Source: Wallemia ichthyophaga EXF-994 (taxonomy: Eukaryota; Fungi; Basidiomycota). Taken from it: a DNA stretch of 32,000 nt. The position numbers and the translations under genes were made by a program. Position 1 is the first letter of the stretch, and each line of letters starts with the position of its first letter. The notes beneath the pieces were generated by a model. That model was not told the origin of the DNA. It did no database searches and saw nothing but the letters and a program-made list of their open reading frames with translations. This document shows positions 10,075 through 21,026 of the stretch, piece by piece. The DNA is taken from NCBI RefSeq assembly GCF_000400465.1, contig NW_008806296.1:1-32000 (forward strand), given 5' to 3'.

Positions 10075-10900
10075 CTAAACTGTATCATCGTGGAACTGAA
10101 TGGGGTGAGTGGGCCGTGGGGTAAAGTATAACCAAACGTACCTCCCATCGTGTCTAAATGATGGGTAAGTGAGTACATAAGTAAAAGCCAAAGTAGAAAC
10201 CACTACGACCGACCTTCTTTGGATTCTCAGGTGCGCGTGCAACATACCTATCATTGTCCGGCGGAAGTTGCTTAGATTTGCACGAAGTGAGCACTGAATG
10301 AGATGATAAGGAGGGTTGAGTGAATTCGTGGGACATACTCGATTGGATAGTGAGACACACTGCTGACACGCTTTTTTCGTGTGTTAGATACCGACAAGAG
10401 TGCAAGAGCGTATACCCACTTGAGTACAGGACTCCAGCCGTCTGAGAGAATGGATGCACATATCTGAGAATGTGTGTGTAAGCATAAATCAACTCGGATA
10501 ACTCCCCTCGCACATGACCATTTGAGTAGACGTGTGGATGAACAGGTGCCTTGTATGTAGCCCCTTCAAGCTCGCCAACTACGAATTGTACAGCAGGTGA
10601 ATCTATCGGATACTGCCCAGAGAATCTAAACATAAGCGCCAGTTTGTCGTCCTGTAGTGTGATGATAAAGAGTGTAAGAGTGATCGTGCTTCCATCGGAC
10701 CACTACGCACGCTATAAATGCTGTCATAAGCTTCTAGCTCAAATATCCATTTATGAAGGTCATCTGATTGGAGGAGCTGGATGCCTGAAGCTGGTGTTAT
10801 GGGTGCACACCACCAGCAAATCCAACCAACCAGTAGGACAGCCCTTATCATTAAGATCCTTCAATTCCTTTGAAAGTCGTTTCGTTGCTAGGAAGCTCAT
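10075..10900 (-). CDS. UBE2W: Ubiquitin-conjugating enzyme E2, UBE2W-like (8 exons)
   Basis: MSFLATKRLSKELKDL, FRFSGQYPIDSPAVQF, HPHVYSNGHICASIL (catalytic Cys), LPPDNDRYV, PKKTRWEFHDDTV*; seven GT-AG introns. Confidence 0.9.
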
Positions 10901-10944
10901 CGTGGTTGATAGCCAACGTTGGAAAACTCAAACTCAAACTGGCA

Positions 10945-12176
10945 ATGGATTCAGATGAAGATCGCAAATATGATTCTAGTGAGTTTGGTGGATTCCAGGG
11001 TTTTTATTATATTCATATCGCATTGCACAGCACACACGCGCCATACACACAACTCAAACGACTCAGACGCTTCTATGGACGAGCAGGGAGACACTATCAA
11101 CAGGCTGCGCAACAAACAGGATTACTACGACCCCGACCAGGACAAAAACCTCAAACGCTCAATCCGCAAAGGATATCGCAGTCTAATTGATAAAGCTGAA
11201 GAACAGAGTGTGGACGTGTCCAACGTTACAGCCAAGCAGCTCACAGCTGAGATGATGAAAGCAAACAGTTTATACGACAACGTACGCGCTCCTCAGGAAG
11301 CCACACTCGATTCACGTTTCCTTATCGTCCAGTCAGAGATGTCAGCTGCGAAGGCACGAGCTATGAAGATTGACGCAGATTCTTTCGATTTGGATGAGTT
11401 CCTAAATCGTTTCAAGAGCGTTGCTGGTGGTTTTAACATTGATGATCATCTCGATCAAGATGTCAATGAGGAAGATGAGCATAATGTCACCATCGATTGG
11501 GGGATCATTAGCAACGTGGCTCTTAAACACACGCGAAGAATTCCTGTCAGTGATTTCATGTACGTGTAGTGTTTATGTAGTGTGTCGGTTATTTTTAACA
11601 CTCATCAAGGCTCGGCACTATCCCAGAAGAGGCGAAAAAGAGGACAAAAAGGGCTACACAGCGTATTAATAAGAATAACGAAGAGAAGACGGCACCAACT
11701 GAGGTTAGTCGGCGTGTTTTGAACAATTTGGCTTGTTTAAAGTGATCACATTCTAACACCCCACATAGATCACAGAAAATGACATACAGAGAGCAGAAAA
11801 TGAAACAACCACGAACGTAAAAAAGATATCTGAGCTACTTGAGCTCGTTGGTGGCGACGATGGGATCAATTTGTTCAAGTTTTTCATCAATCCTGATAAT
11901 TTTGCGCAGTCGGTCGAAAACTTATTTTACGTATCCTTCTTGATAAGAGATGGTCATGCGAGTCTTAGTCAAGATGAGGAGACAAAGGAGATGATACTGT
12001 TGGCGTGTCTCGGACCAACACAGGAAGATTACAAACAAGGACTGAGCAAACAGCAGGTGGTGTTTGAGCTCGACATGGAAACGTGGGAGACAGCTAAGGA
12101 AATGTACAGCATAACGACCACGATTATACCGACGCGTGATACAGAGAGTGATAGTATTAGATTTCTTGTAAGATGA
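10945..12176 (+). CDS. NSE4: SMC5/6 complex kleisin subunit Nse4/EID3
   Basis: YYDPDQD...IRKGYRSLI, VRAPQEATLDSRFL, FDLDEF, ENETTTNVKKI, LFKFFINPDNFAQSVENLFYVSFLIRDG, QVVFELDMETW; three introns. Start could also be the Met of MDEQGDT. Confidence 0.9.
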
Positions 12177-12979
12177 CGATCATGTCGATAGTAACTGCAT
12201 TTGTGATATTAATCATGGCGCTGGGGATGACAAAGCCGAAATTTGAACAATTTGAGTGCAAGTGGGTGAACGATACGCAAAAAGGTGTTTATCGAGGTGA
12301 ACGGAAGGGAATGAGGATAGTGAGCAAGACTTTGCACAAGAGCAGCTATGATTTAGGATTGTTTATTGTCGTAGTGGTTGAGCGAAGTGCGGTATTTATC
12401 GGTATATTCCGCCAATTCTTCAGATTATACGGCAAATTGGATATCGCAGTGGATGTACAAGTCGACGAGGACGAGGAGAGTAATGAGGAGAAAGCGCTGA
12501 TACGGGAGCTGGAACATAAGCTAGCACATGATAACAGTAATAAAGAGGGTTCGCAGGTCGAGCTCGATCAACTCCGGCAGAGGAAGAAGACGGTCGACGA
12601 GAGCAACGTTGAGCTTAAGAATGAGATTAAGCAGCTAAGCGATGAGCTTTACAGGATAGATAAACACAACAAGCAATCCACAGATACACAAATACGACTT
12701 GAGAATGAGATTAAGACGTACACGGAGCAAATGGATCGATATAGCAGCGATATAGCAGCGAATGAAGCATATATAGCCACAGTAAGCGTGGAAGATGTAG
12801 ACAAAGAGCTGCTTTCCACTACAAACACGGTCAATCAGCTGCACGCCGACATATCGTCATTATCGAGTCAGTACAATCAGCTGAACGAGCAGCTCAACGC
12901 GAATAGCGCGCCAAACTCTCCGCCGCTTGAATATAACTTATTACCATCTCAATTGTTAGACGACTACGACTATGAATAG
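12173..12979 (+). CDS. Hypothetical coiled-coil protein with hydrophobic N-terminal segments; start uncertain
   Basis: 268-codon ORF; C-terminal two-thirds is E/K/Q/L-rich with heptad-like periodicity; no family recognised. Confidence 0.65.
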   Translation: MTIMSIVTAFVILIMALGMTKPKFEQFECKWVNDTQKGVYRGERKGMRIVSKTLHKSSYDLGLFIVVVVERSAVFIGIFRQFFRLYGKLDIAVDVQVDEDEESNEEKALIRELEHKLAHDNSNKEGSQVELDQLRQRKKTVDESNVELKNEIKQLSDELYRIDKHNKQSTDTQIRLENEIKTYTEQMDRYSSDIAANEAYIATVSVEDVDKELLSTTNTVNQLHADISSLSSQYNQLNEQLNANSAPNSPPLEYNLLPSQLLDDYDYE

Positions 12980-13154
12980 AATTCATGATGACATCTCTCA
13001 CTTTCCTTGTATATCACCACGCAATCACAGTAAGGTAACGTTCGCGCGGTTTGTTAGGGAGCCAGTCGAACTTCTTGCGGGTGTCACTGCGCCTGACTTT
13101 TAAGCGTGTTCAGCGTGACGTATGATGCATGATACCTAACCGAGATTAAATAAC

Positions 13155-15041
13155 ATGAATGAGTTTGGAGGTGGTAAGGTTATCTTAAACCAGAACATCC
13201 ATGACTAAGACAAACAAACCAGATCCTATTACTCTCTCGCTGTTCTCCAACAGATTCGTCAGCTGCGCTGAGGCAATGAGCAAGTCCCTTCAACAAACGT
13301 CCATCTCTACGAATATCAAAGAACGACTAGACTTCTCGTGGGTTTTTGGCAATTCTGGTCGCATATAGCTAATTACAGCCACACAGATGCGCCGTCTTCT
13401 CTCCTACAGGCGATCTCATCGCCAATTTTCCGAATGTCCCCGTACATCTGGGAGCAATGTCGTATGCGATCAAATACCAAATGAAGTTGCACGAGGGTAA
13501 CATCAATCCGGGTGATGTTCTCATGTCCAACTCCCCAACCGCGGGCGGCTCCCACCTCCCGTGAGTCCGGTGATGATGTCATAGGTTACAAACTCATATA
13601 TCACAGCGACATAACGATAATGACTCCCTGCTTCGATAAGACGACGAATGAGATCATCTTCTTTACTGCCTCCCGTGGCCATCACAGCGACATTGGCGGA
13701 ATTCTGCCTGGGTCGATGCCCCCCAACTCTACCGCGTTGACGGAAGAAGGTGCTGAGATAATCACGTTCAAGATTGTCGAGGGCGGCAAGTGGAATGGCG
13801 CGACACTCTACGACCTGCTCGTCACCCAGCCTGGCAAGGTGGAGGGTAGCAGTGGGTGTCGCAACTACAAGGACGTTGAATCAGATCTCAAAGCGCAGGT
13901 AGCAGCGAACCACAAGGGCATTCAGCTGCTCCACCTGTTGTGCCACGAATTCGGTCTATCACTAGTACAGGAGTACATGTTCCACATCCGCGACAACGCT
14001 GAGTATGCAGTACGCAACCTCCTGCGCACGGTATCTCGCACTACGGGGCAGACTGAGCTATCTGCGGTGGACTATCTCGACGACGGCTCGCCGATAGCTC
14101 TGCACATAACCATCGACAGCGCGTCCGGGAGTGCCACATTCGATTTCAGTGGCACAGGGCCGGAGTTGCGCGGGAACCTGAATGCACCAATCAGCGTAGT
14201 GCACTCAGCGGTAATCTATTGTGCACGCGCAATGCTGGGCGTCGATATACCCCTCAACAGCGGCTGTCTCGCGCCCATCACTATCCACATCCCAGACGGC
14301 TCCCTCCTCTCGCCGTCCCCTGCTGCTGCTGTGTGTGGGGGGAATGTAATGACGTCGCAACGTGTCGTGGATGTCGTGCTGCGCGCATTCGGAGCGGCGG
14401 CGGCGTCGCAGGGCTGCTGCAACAACGTTACCTTTGGTGCGGGTGGGAAGGATCCCCTCACCGGTCACGTCACGCCTGGATGGGGGTACTACGAGACTGT
14501 CGCTGGTGGCTCCGGCGCAACGGAGGAGCAAGATGGCGTTAGTGGCGTGCACGTTCACATGACTAACACACGTATAACCGATCCGGAAATCCTCGAACGC
14601 CGCTATCCTATCCTTCTCCGTCGTTTCGAATTCAGAGAGGGCAGTGGAGGTGTGGGATTGAGGAGAGGAGGTGATGGTGTTGTGCGCGAATATCAACTGT
14701 TGCAGGACCTTCAACTCTCCATCCTTTCGGAAAGAAGAGCGATCAGACCATACGGTTTGCATGGCGGCGGAGACGGCCAGACGGGTCTCAATCTGTGGCT
14801 TAAGAGAGGCGCAGCTGGGGAGAAGGACAGAGTGATAAATCTCGGTGGTAAGGCGACAGCCAAGATGAGTAAGAATGACGTCTTCATCCTCCTCACACCG
14901 GGTGGTGGTGCGTGGGGGGCTGCTGAGGCGACAGAGAAGGTTGCTCGTTCTCAACCTCGAACAGCTAATCGCGGCCTCACCAGTGACTTCGCTCCGAGGG
15001 GCAGTGTATACGATCGACACAGCATGGCTGAGAGTGCCTAA
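13155..15041 (+). CDS. 5-oxoprolinase C-terminal half only (Hydantoinase_B/oxoprolinase domain)
   Basis: Spliced start MNEFGG|[12 protein letters not shown]...[14 protein letters not shown]|CAVF, PVHLGAM, GGSHLP|[71 protein letters not shown]. Intron 1 is 13174-13222; introns 2 and 3 start GTGGGT and GTGAGT. Confidence 0.92.
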
Positions 15042-15100
15042 AGGGCTTTGTACAAATTACAAGAATTAACGTTAAATTGATTGAAGTGAAATATGCCTGC

Positions 15101-16147
15101 TCATCCAGACACACTGCTCTCGTCATCCTCCTCGAGCCTCACTCTATGCAGCTCGTCGCGCCTCTCGAGGAACTTCTTAGCCGCTGAGTGACCGACGAGG
15201 CAGAGGGGGAGAAGGATCCATCCAGCGACGCAGACGCCGTTTACCGCGAAAGGTTTTGGATGGCGGAGGAATAGAGCGAGGAGGACCCTAAGACGTGAGT
15301 GAGTGGTAAGTTGCAAGTTAAGCGAGTAGCAGTATGAAACGCACCACATATGCGCACCCATCCAGATATGGTCTCCTTTAATCAGCACCACTGCGCATCC
15401 AATGACGAGTGGCAGCGCGAGTGCGCAAACAGCCGCAACTTGATGCCTACCGAACCGCCACGTCGGTGTGCTGAGGTAATCGGCAGCGATAAAGACGGAC
15501 TGGCTGACGTCGACGGCGAGAGTTACGACTGTCCACATACGTATAGGCAGATGCACGAATATGTAGTCAAGTGGACGTGATTTGGTGGGTGCATACTCGA
15601 CGCGACATAGCTGCACATAGAGCAGGGCGAGGTTGATGGATTGAATACCCATAAGCAGAGCAGCGAGTGAGAATGAGCGGAGTATCTAAGTATTTTGGTG
15701 TTTCCTTAGCTCAATTCGGAGTAATTTGCTCACAACTCACCCAACATATCGCCCAGAGCGCATGAACAGCATGGGAGAGGACATATTGGTAGCCGAGGAC
15801 ATTCATAGTATGCTGCGTGGGTTCCTTCTGTGAGGCTACGAAAAGATAGCAGGTTCCTGCTTGTAGTCCGTACAGCAACATCCAGTATATACCTACCATC
15901 GATGCCTGTGAGGGAATTGAGTAAATTGCCGTGAAAACACCCCATTCATACCCACCTTGGGTGTAAGATGCGTATAGAAATCGTCATTTATGTCGCTCAG
16001 ACTGGGTGATATACCGACAGCTGTAATCAGGGAAATTGCTAGCGAAGTGAATGCGCTGAGTGGTGCTATGCCTCGCAATACAAATAGCTTGCGCTGCGTG
16101 CGTGATTCGTTATAAGTATGTTCAGTGGCGCTGCTGTAGCTCTCCAT
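15101..16147 (-). CDS. Multi-pass fungal membrane protein of unknown function (possibly DUF1774-like)
   Basis: Four ORF fragments linked by introns give about 7 hydrophobic segments; THLTPK..MVGIYW.LLYGLQ and RPLDYIFVHLPIRMW motifs resemble a family I recall from basidiomycetes; family assignment not verified. Confidence 0.65.
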
Positions 16148-16351
16148 TTGGTGGATGTGGTTAAAGAGTGTGATTGTTGTGAGTGAGTTATGTGGTCTTC
16201 GCAGGCTTTCAAAGGACTTTCAAAGCGTATCGTGATATATTCCTCTGCAATCTTCCAAGCCTACGTATGACGTCACTAAGAGAAAACTTTCACGTTCACA
16301 TATAGGGGTAACAACAATACAAACTAGTGATACAAAGTAGCAGTAAACGTA

Positions 16352-17191
16352 TTAAAGATATTCCTTTACCAGGGGATGATTGAGTGCTAGTACTAGATAA
16401 CCACCTAGAGCGAATATCAGGCGTGCTGGGAGTATTGGAAGGAGAATCAAAGTGGCTAACAGCGATACAACTGTATACTTGAGAATACCGTTGCTCTGCT
16501 CAATATCGCTCCAATTAAGCTTGCGATAGATGGGCATGACATAATCAATGCCATCATTTGTCGTTCCCATTAGATTCTGTATCGATTGAAGGTTGAGGTA
16601 GTAGTCAGGGCTAGATGAGTCAGGGAGCTGTGGTTCAGGGGGTGGTTGAGTGGGTTGAGTGGGAGAAGCGGGAAAAGTCGGAGACGTGGGAGACGTGGGT
16701 GAACTAGGTGCTGATGGGTGCTTTGCGGGTGCGTCATCATTATCAACCACTTTTATGTCCTCTTTAGGAAATCTAACAGAGTGATTGTATAAAATGACGC
16801 AAATAAGTGAAAATTGAGGTAGAATAAGGACAAGAGCAGGGTGGAGACAGAGAACAGTCCAAAGGAGGACAACGAGAATGGTAATTGAAGTAGATTTCCA
16901 CAAGATAACGCCCTCCACGGCGTCTAAAATGGCAAACAAAGGACCAGTATTCTGAACAAAGTTACGAAAGTTGAGACTCATAGTTTGTAGATTAAGTGGA
17001 TGCTTGTGGGTTGTTGTGTTTGGTGGTGGCTGCGTGAATGAAACTGAGTTCAGGAGCGAGGAAGTCAAGAAGTTTGCCAGGTATGAATTCGCTTTAGATG
17101 ATTTGTTATCAGATGATTGATTATCAAATCCATCAGAATATTCATTTATTCTCCTTGCGTTTGAAGGCAAGTGGATATCATCACAAGACAT
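16352..17191 (-). CDS. Pex24/Pex28/Pex29-family peroxin-like protein (reticulon-homology part only)
   Basis: PLNLQTMSLNFRNFVQNTGPLF...ILWKSTSITILVVLLWTVLCLHP, DYYLNLQSIQNLMG, LNWSD; hairpin-type TM segments; no DysF domain. Confidence 0.75.
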   Translation of the reverse strand: MSCDDIHLPSNARRINEYSDGFDNQSSDNKSSKANSYLANFLTSSLLNSVSFTQPPPNTTTHKHPLNLQTMSLNFRNFVQNTGPLFAILDAVEGVILWKSTSITILVVLLWTVLCLHPALVLILPQFSLICVILYNHSVRFPKEDIKVVDNDDAPAKHPSAPSSPTSPTSPTFPASPTQPTQPPPEPQLPDSSSPDYYLNLQSIQNLMGTTNDGIDYVMPIYRKLNWSDIEQSNGILKYTVVSLLATLILLPILPARLIFALGGYLVLALNHPLVKEYL

Positions 17192-17324
17192 GACCGTGGT
17201 GGATTAAGAGAGGAGAAGAAGCCTAAGAATATCTACTATTCACACTAGATACACAAGGTACACCAAGTAAACAAAGTATAGGACAACGAGTACTCATTCA
17301 TGGGATAAAATTTGTTTCTACAGT

Positions 17325-17769
17325 TTACTCCTCTGAACGAAGACGTGCAGCTGCGTTTGTGACCTTGACGTTGAGTGCCTTGGCGCTGTTTGAAACGTTA
17401 GTATGCCTTAAAAAATATCCCCAAACAACAAACCCACCGAGCTAAAATTTCGACACGCTTCTTTGAGGAGACGTTGTGAGCAATCTCAGCGGTGAACTTG
17501 CTTGTGTGCATAAGCAAAAGATCAACGTCCTTTACGTTGTTCACAACCACAGTTTTTAAGCCATTTGGACGGAGGTGACGGGTGACCTTGTTTGAACCGA
17601 ATCCAATCTTTGGCATGGTTGGCTGACCCTTGAATCTTCTTCTCATAGCGTTATCGATACCCTTTGGTCTTCTCCATGATGGAGCAACTCTATGGAAGCG
17701 ATCAGACTGGAATCTATTGAAAGAGCCCTTTGTCTTCTTGACAATCTTTGGCTTAATTTGGCTGACCAT
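17325..17769 (-). CDS. RPL32: 60S ribosomal protein eL32
   Basis: KIVKK...FNRFQSDRF.RV..SWRRPKGIDN.MRRRFKGQ..MPKIGFGS, EIAHNVSSKKR; one coding intron, last exon AKALNVKVTNAAARLRSEE*. Confidence 0.97.
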
Positions 17770-18298
17770 TTTGCCCTGTTGATGTGTGTTAGTGCTGTAT
17801 ACCTTCTTCTCCGTATTTCCCACCCTTCGTTGTCGCTGGGAGTGGAAGAGGCGCTCTTCTCAAATTTGGGTGTCCGCTCTGAGCAATTTTTTCAATCGTC
17901 CATCAAAATTATCTGGGTATAGTGGGTGTTCATGCGTGTATCTTAATTGGCTGTTGTCTCTGCATTTCTTTCCTCTTCAAAATTTTCAACCTTCTCTTGA
18001 AATTCAAACCACCCGCAATGATGTCCTAATGACTCAATTGACTAGCCACTGTTCATGAAAACGTTTCACTAGTCTTCGTGCGGTTTCACGAGCTTTTTCT
18101 GTGCTCACGGCGTATCTGGCTTATCCGTATCAGCACACATTTTGCAATTGTTATTTGTACACGATGAGTGACTAATGCTGCTCCACTGAATACATAAACA
18201 ATATTTAATTGTTTATATTAATAATTTTTGGTAACTATAATCTCATCAGACAGCACTTTGAATCAAGTCATTCATCTGCTCATCTGCTTATTATAAAA

Positions 18299-20899
18299 AG
18301 TGAGATTACCACGAGATAAACGCTATATTCGGATTTCTGACATCTTGTTTAGTGGTCGACGACTCACTCATCTCTCAATTTGAGTCATTTGGCCTGTCAC
18401 CTGCCAAATCAACGGAATACGCCAAATCAAAGTATTCAACAGTGTTATTGGATAATCTACACCAATTGAACCTAATTGAAACTCATTTGGATGAAAAATT
18501 GGCAACTCTCATCACATCCACAATCACAACAAACAAAGCGTACAACTCTCTCAGCCGCGATAAGAAGCTTTACTTGATTGATAAGATTAGAATTTCTCAC
18601 TTAAAGGAGTCTAATCAGGTTAACGAGGCTGTCGACTATCTCACCCGCAACGACTCTATCAATGAAACTGATTTCAACGCTCACACTGGCGTTGGCGTTG
18701 TTGTCCCAAAGCATCTCATCGAGCAGATCGCTCAAAAGTCGTTAGATCCTGCCTCTGCTACCCTCCCTAACCCTTGGTCCACTCACGGTCTTCTCATCAA
18801 ATCCTTAAAACAAAACAGTCAATTGAAATGGTCTAATCCTCTCGAATTGAAGGGCGTCGTCGATTCCTTGTACACCTCCACATACGGCACCAGAGATGAA
18901 TGCAACAAGCGCCAAAAGGACGCAGCTAAAAACACCCAAAAGACCCCCAACAAACCGTCTCAACCTGTCTCAGAACCCTCTTCAAACATTTTTGAACAGG
19001 GTTTCCTCGGCGCTCTCCATAAACCAGGCGAAAACCCTCAAGTAAAGCCTGAGTTACGCGAGCAGCACTTGAAGGCTACAGGTGGTAAAGTTATCACTCG
19101 TTTCCCTCCAGAACCTAACGGTTTCTTACACATCGGTCACTCTAAAGCTATCACCATCAACTTTGGCTACGCTGATCACTTTAATGGCCACACTTACCTC
19201 CGCTACGACGACACAAACCCTGAAGCCGAAGAGCAAGTCTACTTTGAGTCCATCTTGGAGACTGTCAGGTGGGTCAGCAGTGTGTTTTGCTTCCTCTCAC
19301 TAAAACAAAACATCCAGATGGCTAGGCTTTGAGCCATGGAAAATCACCTACTCGAGTGACTACTTCCCAAAGCTGTATGAGCTTGCAATTGAGCTCATCA
19401 AACGTGGTAAGGCGTATGTCGACCATTCGACGGGTGAGCAAATGCAACAGCAACGTGGCGGTGAAGAGCGTGGTCCCCGTGTGCCTTCCCCATGGCGTGA
19501 GCGTCCTATTAGCGAATCGCTAGACGCTTTCGAGCAAATGCGTCTCGGTGTGTTCCAACCAGGCGAAGCTACACTGCGCATGAAGCAGGATTACACGGAT
19601 GGTAATCCGCAGATGTGGGATCTAGTTGCATACCGTGTACTCAAAGCGCCTCATCACCGCACCGCCGATGCGTGGAAGATTTATCCTACGTACGATTTCA
19701 CTCACTGTCTTGTCGATTCGTTCGAACAAATCAGTCACTCGCTCTGTACAACTGAGTTCGTTCTCAGCAGGGTATCGTATGAGTGGCTCTGTGATGCGCT
19801 CGAGGTGTACAAACCTCGCCAGAGTGAGTACGGGAGGCTGAACATGCAGGGCACGGTCATGTCCAAGCGCAAGATAATGAAGTTGGTCAAAGATGGTCAT
19901 GTCAGAGGATGGGATGATGCTCGTCTCTACACCCTCATTGGACTCAGACGTCGTGGTGTACCGCCATCCGCCATACTATCTTTCGTCAAGTCGCTCGGCG
20001 TCTCTACTGCTGTTTCGTCCATCCAGACAAGCAGGTTCGAGCAGAGTGTTCGCTCCGATCTCGAATCAAAAGCGCCGCGTCTGATGGCTGTTGTCGATCC
20101 ACTAAAACTCGTCATCGACAATGTAGACGAGGATTACTACTTGCAAGTGAAAAAACCATTCCATCCGAAAATATCCTCCTTCGGTGACGCTGCTATCCCC
20201 TTCACTAAGCATGTGTATATGGACAGGAGTGATTTCAGGGTAGATGCCGACGCCAACTACTTCCGTATGGCGCCTGGACGCGTAGTGGGGCTAATGAACG
20301 CGCCTTATCCTGTCAAATGCACTTCGTGGCGTGAGGAGAATGGCAGAGTGACTGAAGTGCATGCCGAGTTGCTCACACCACGCGATGGCGAGAAAGTACC
20401 TAAACCCAAGGCTTATATTCAGTGGGTCGCTCAGCACGCGCCCTCTCACTCGCCAGTGCGCGTCGACGAACTGCGTATCTTCAACCAGCTATTCAAGAGC
20501 GATAATCCTGCAGCAGCACCCGATTTGGTTGCTGATCTTAACCCACACTCTGAGGAGATTGTCCGTGGCGCTCTCGTCGATATCAGTATCTACCAACTAG
20601 CTAAGAATGAACTCAACCATGCTCGTAAATACGCTCAAGATAGAACTGCTACTGCTAAAAAAGACGTTCAGGATAGAGAAATGAGCGCAGAGGAGAAACG
20701 CTCTCCTACGCCTAAACTCACCCCTGATCAACTCATCGGTATGGAGTGCGTTCGCTTCCAGGCTCTCAGAGCTGGTTTCTTTGCACTTGATAAAGACACT
20801 GTATTGAATGCGGCAAATGAAGGCACTGATATTGCTCCACACACCAATGACCGCATCGTCCTTAACAGAATCGTTTCACTCAAGGCTGCAACATCCTAA
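18299..20899 (+). CDS. GLN4: Cytosolic glutaminyl-tRNA synthetase; start codon split A|TG by an intron
   Basis: [18 protein letters not shown] (HIGH), [41 protein letters not shown]; eukaryotic N-terminal extension; introns 18300-18352 and near 19270-19320. Confidence 0.96.
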
Positions 20900-21026
20900 A
20901 CACTTTTTTTAAACACCAACACCCACACATCTATAAAGAACAAAAGTATATTTATTCATCTAATAACATTACTACTTTACTTTATTAAGATTGGTCTACC
21001 TTGATAAACCTAAAACCAAAACCCGC

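Noticed and set aside
14205-15020. 271-aa antisense ORF inside the oxoprolinase gene (also 3111-3719, 21624-21914, 27867-28458 and similar shadow ORFs)
   Set aside because: They overlap well-supported genes on the opposite strand or frame, show no recognisable motifs, and are expected from GC-rich or repetitive coding sequence.
17979-17988. TGAAAATTTT (RRPE-like) upstream of RPL32 on the minus strand
   Set aside because: Short AT-rich motif; RRPE function is established in ascomycete ribosome-biogenesis genes, and a single hit here is not significant.
17930-18200. Minus-strand coding-looking fragments (YAVSTEKARETARRLVKRFHE; FEFQEKVENFEEERNAETTAN*) between RPL32 and GlnRS
   Set aside because: No combination of start codon and canonical introns gave a coherent open gene model.
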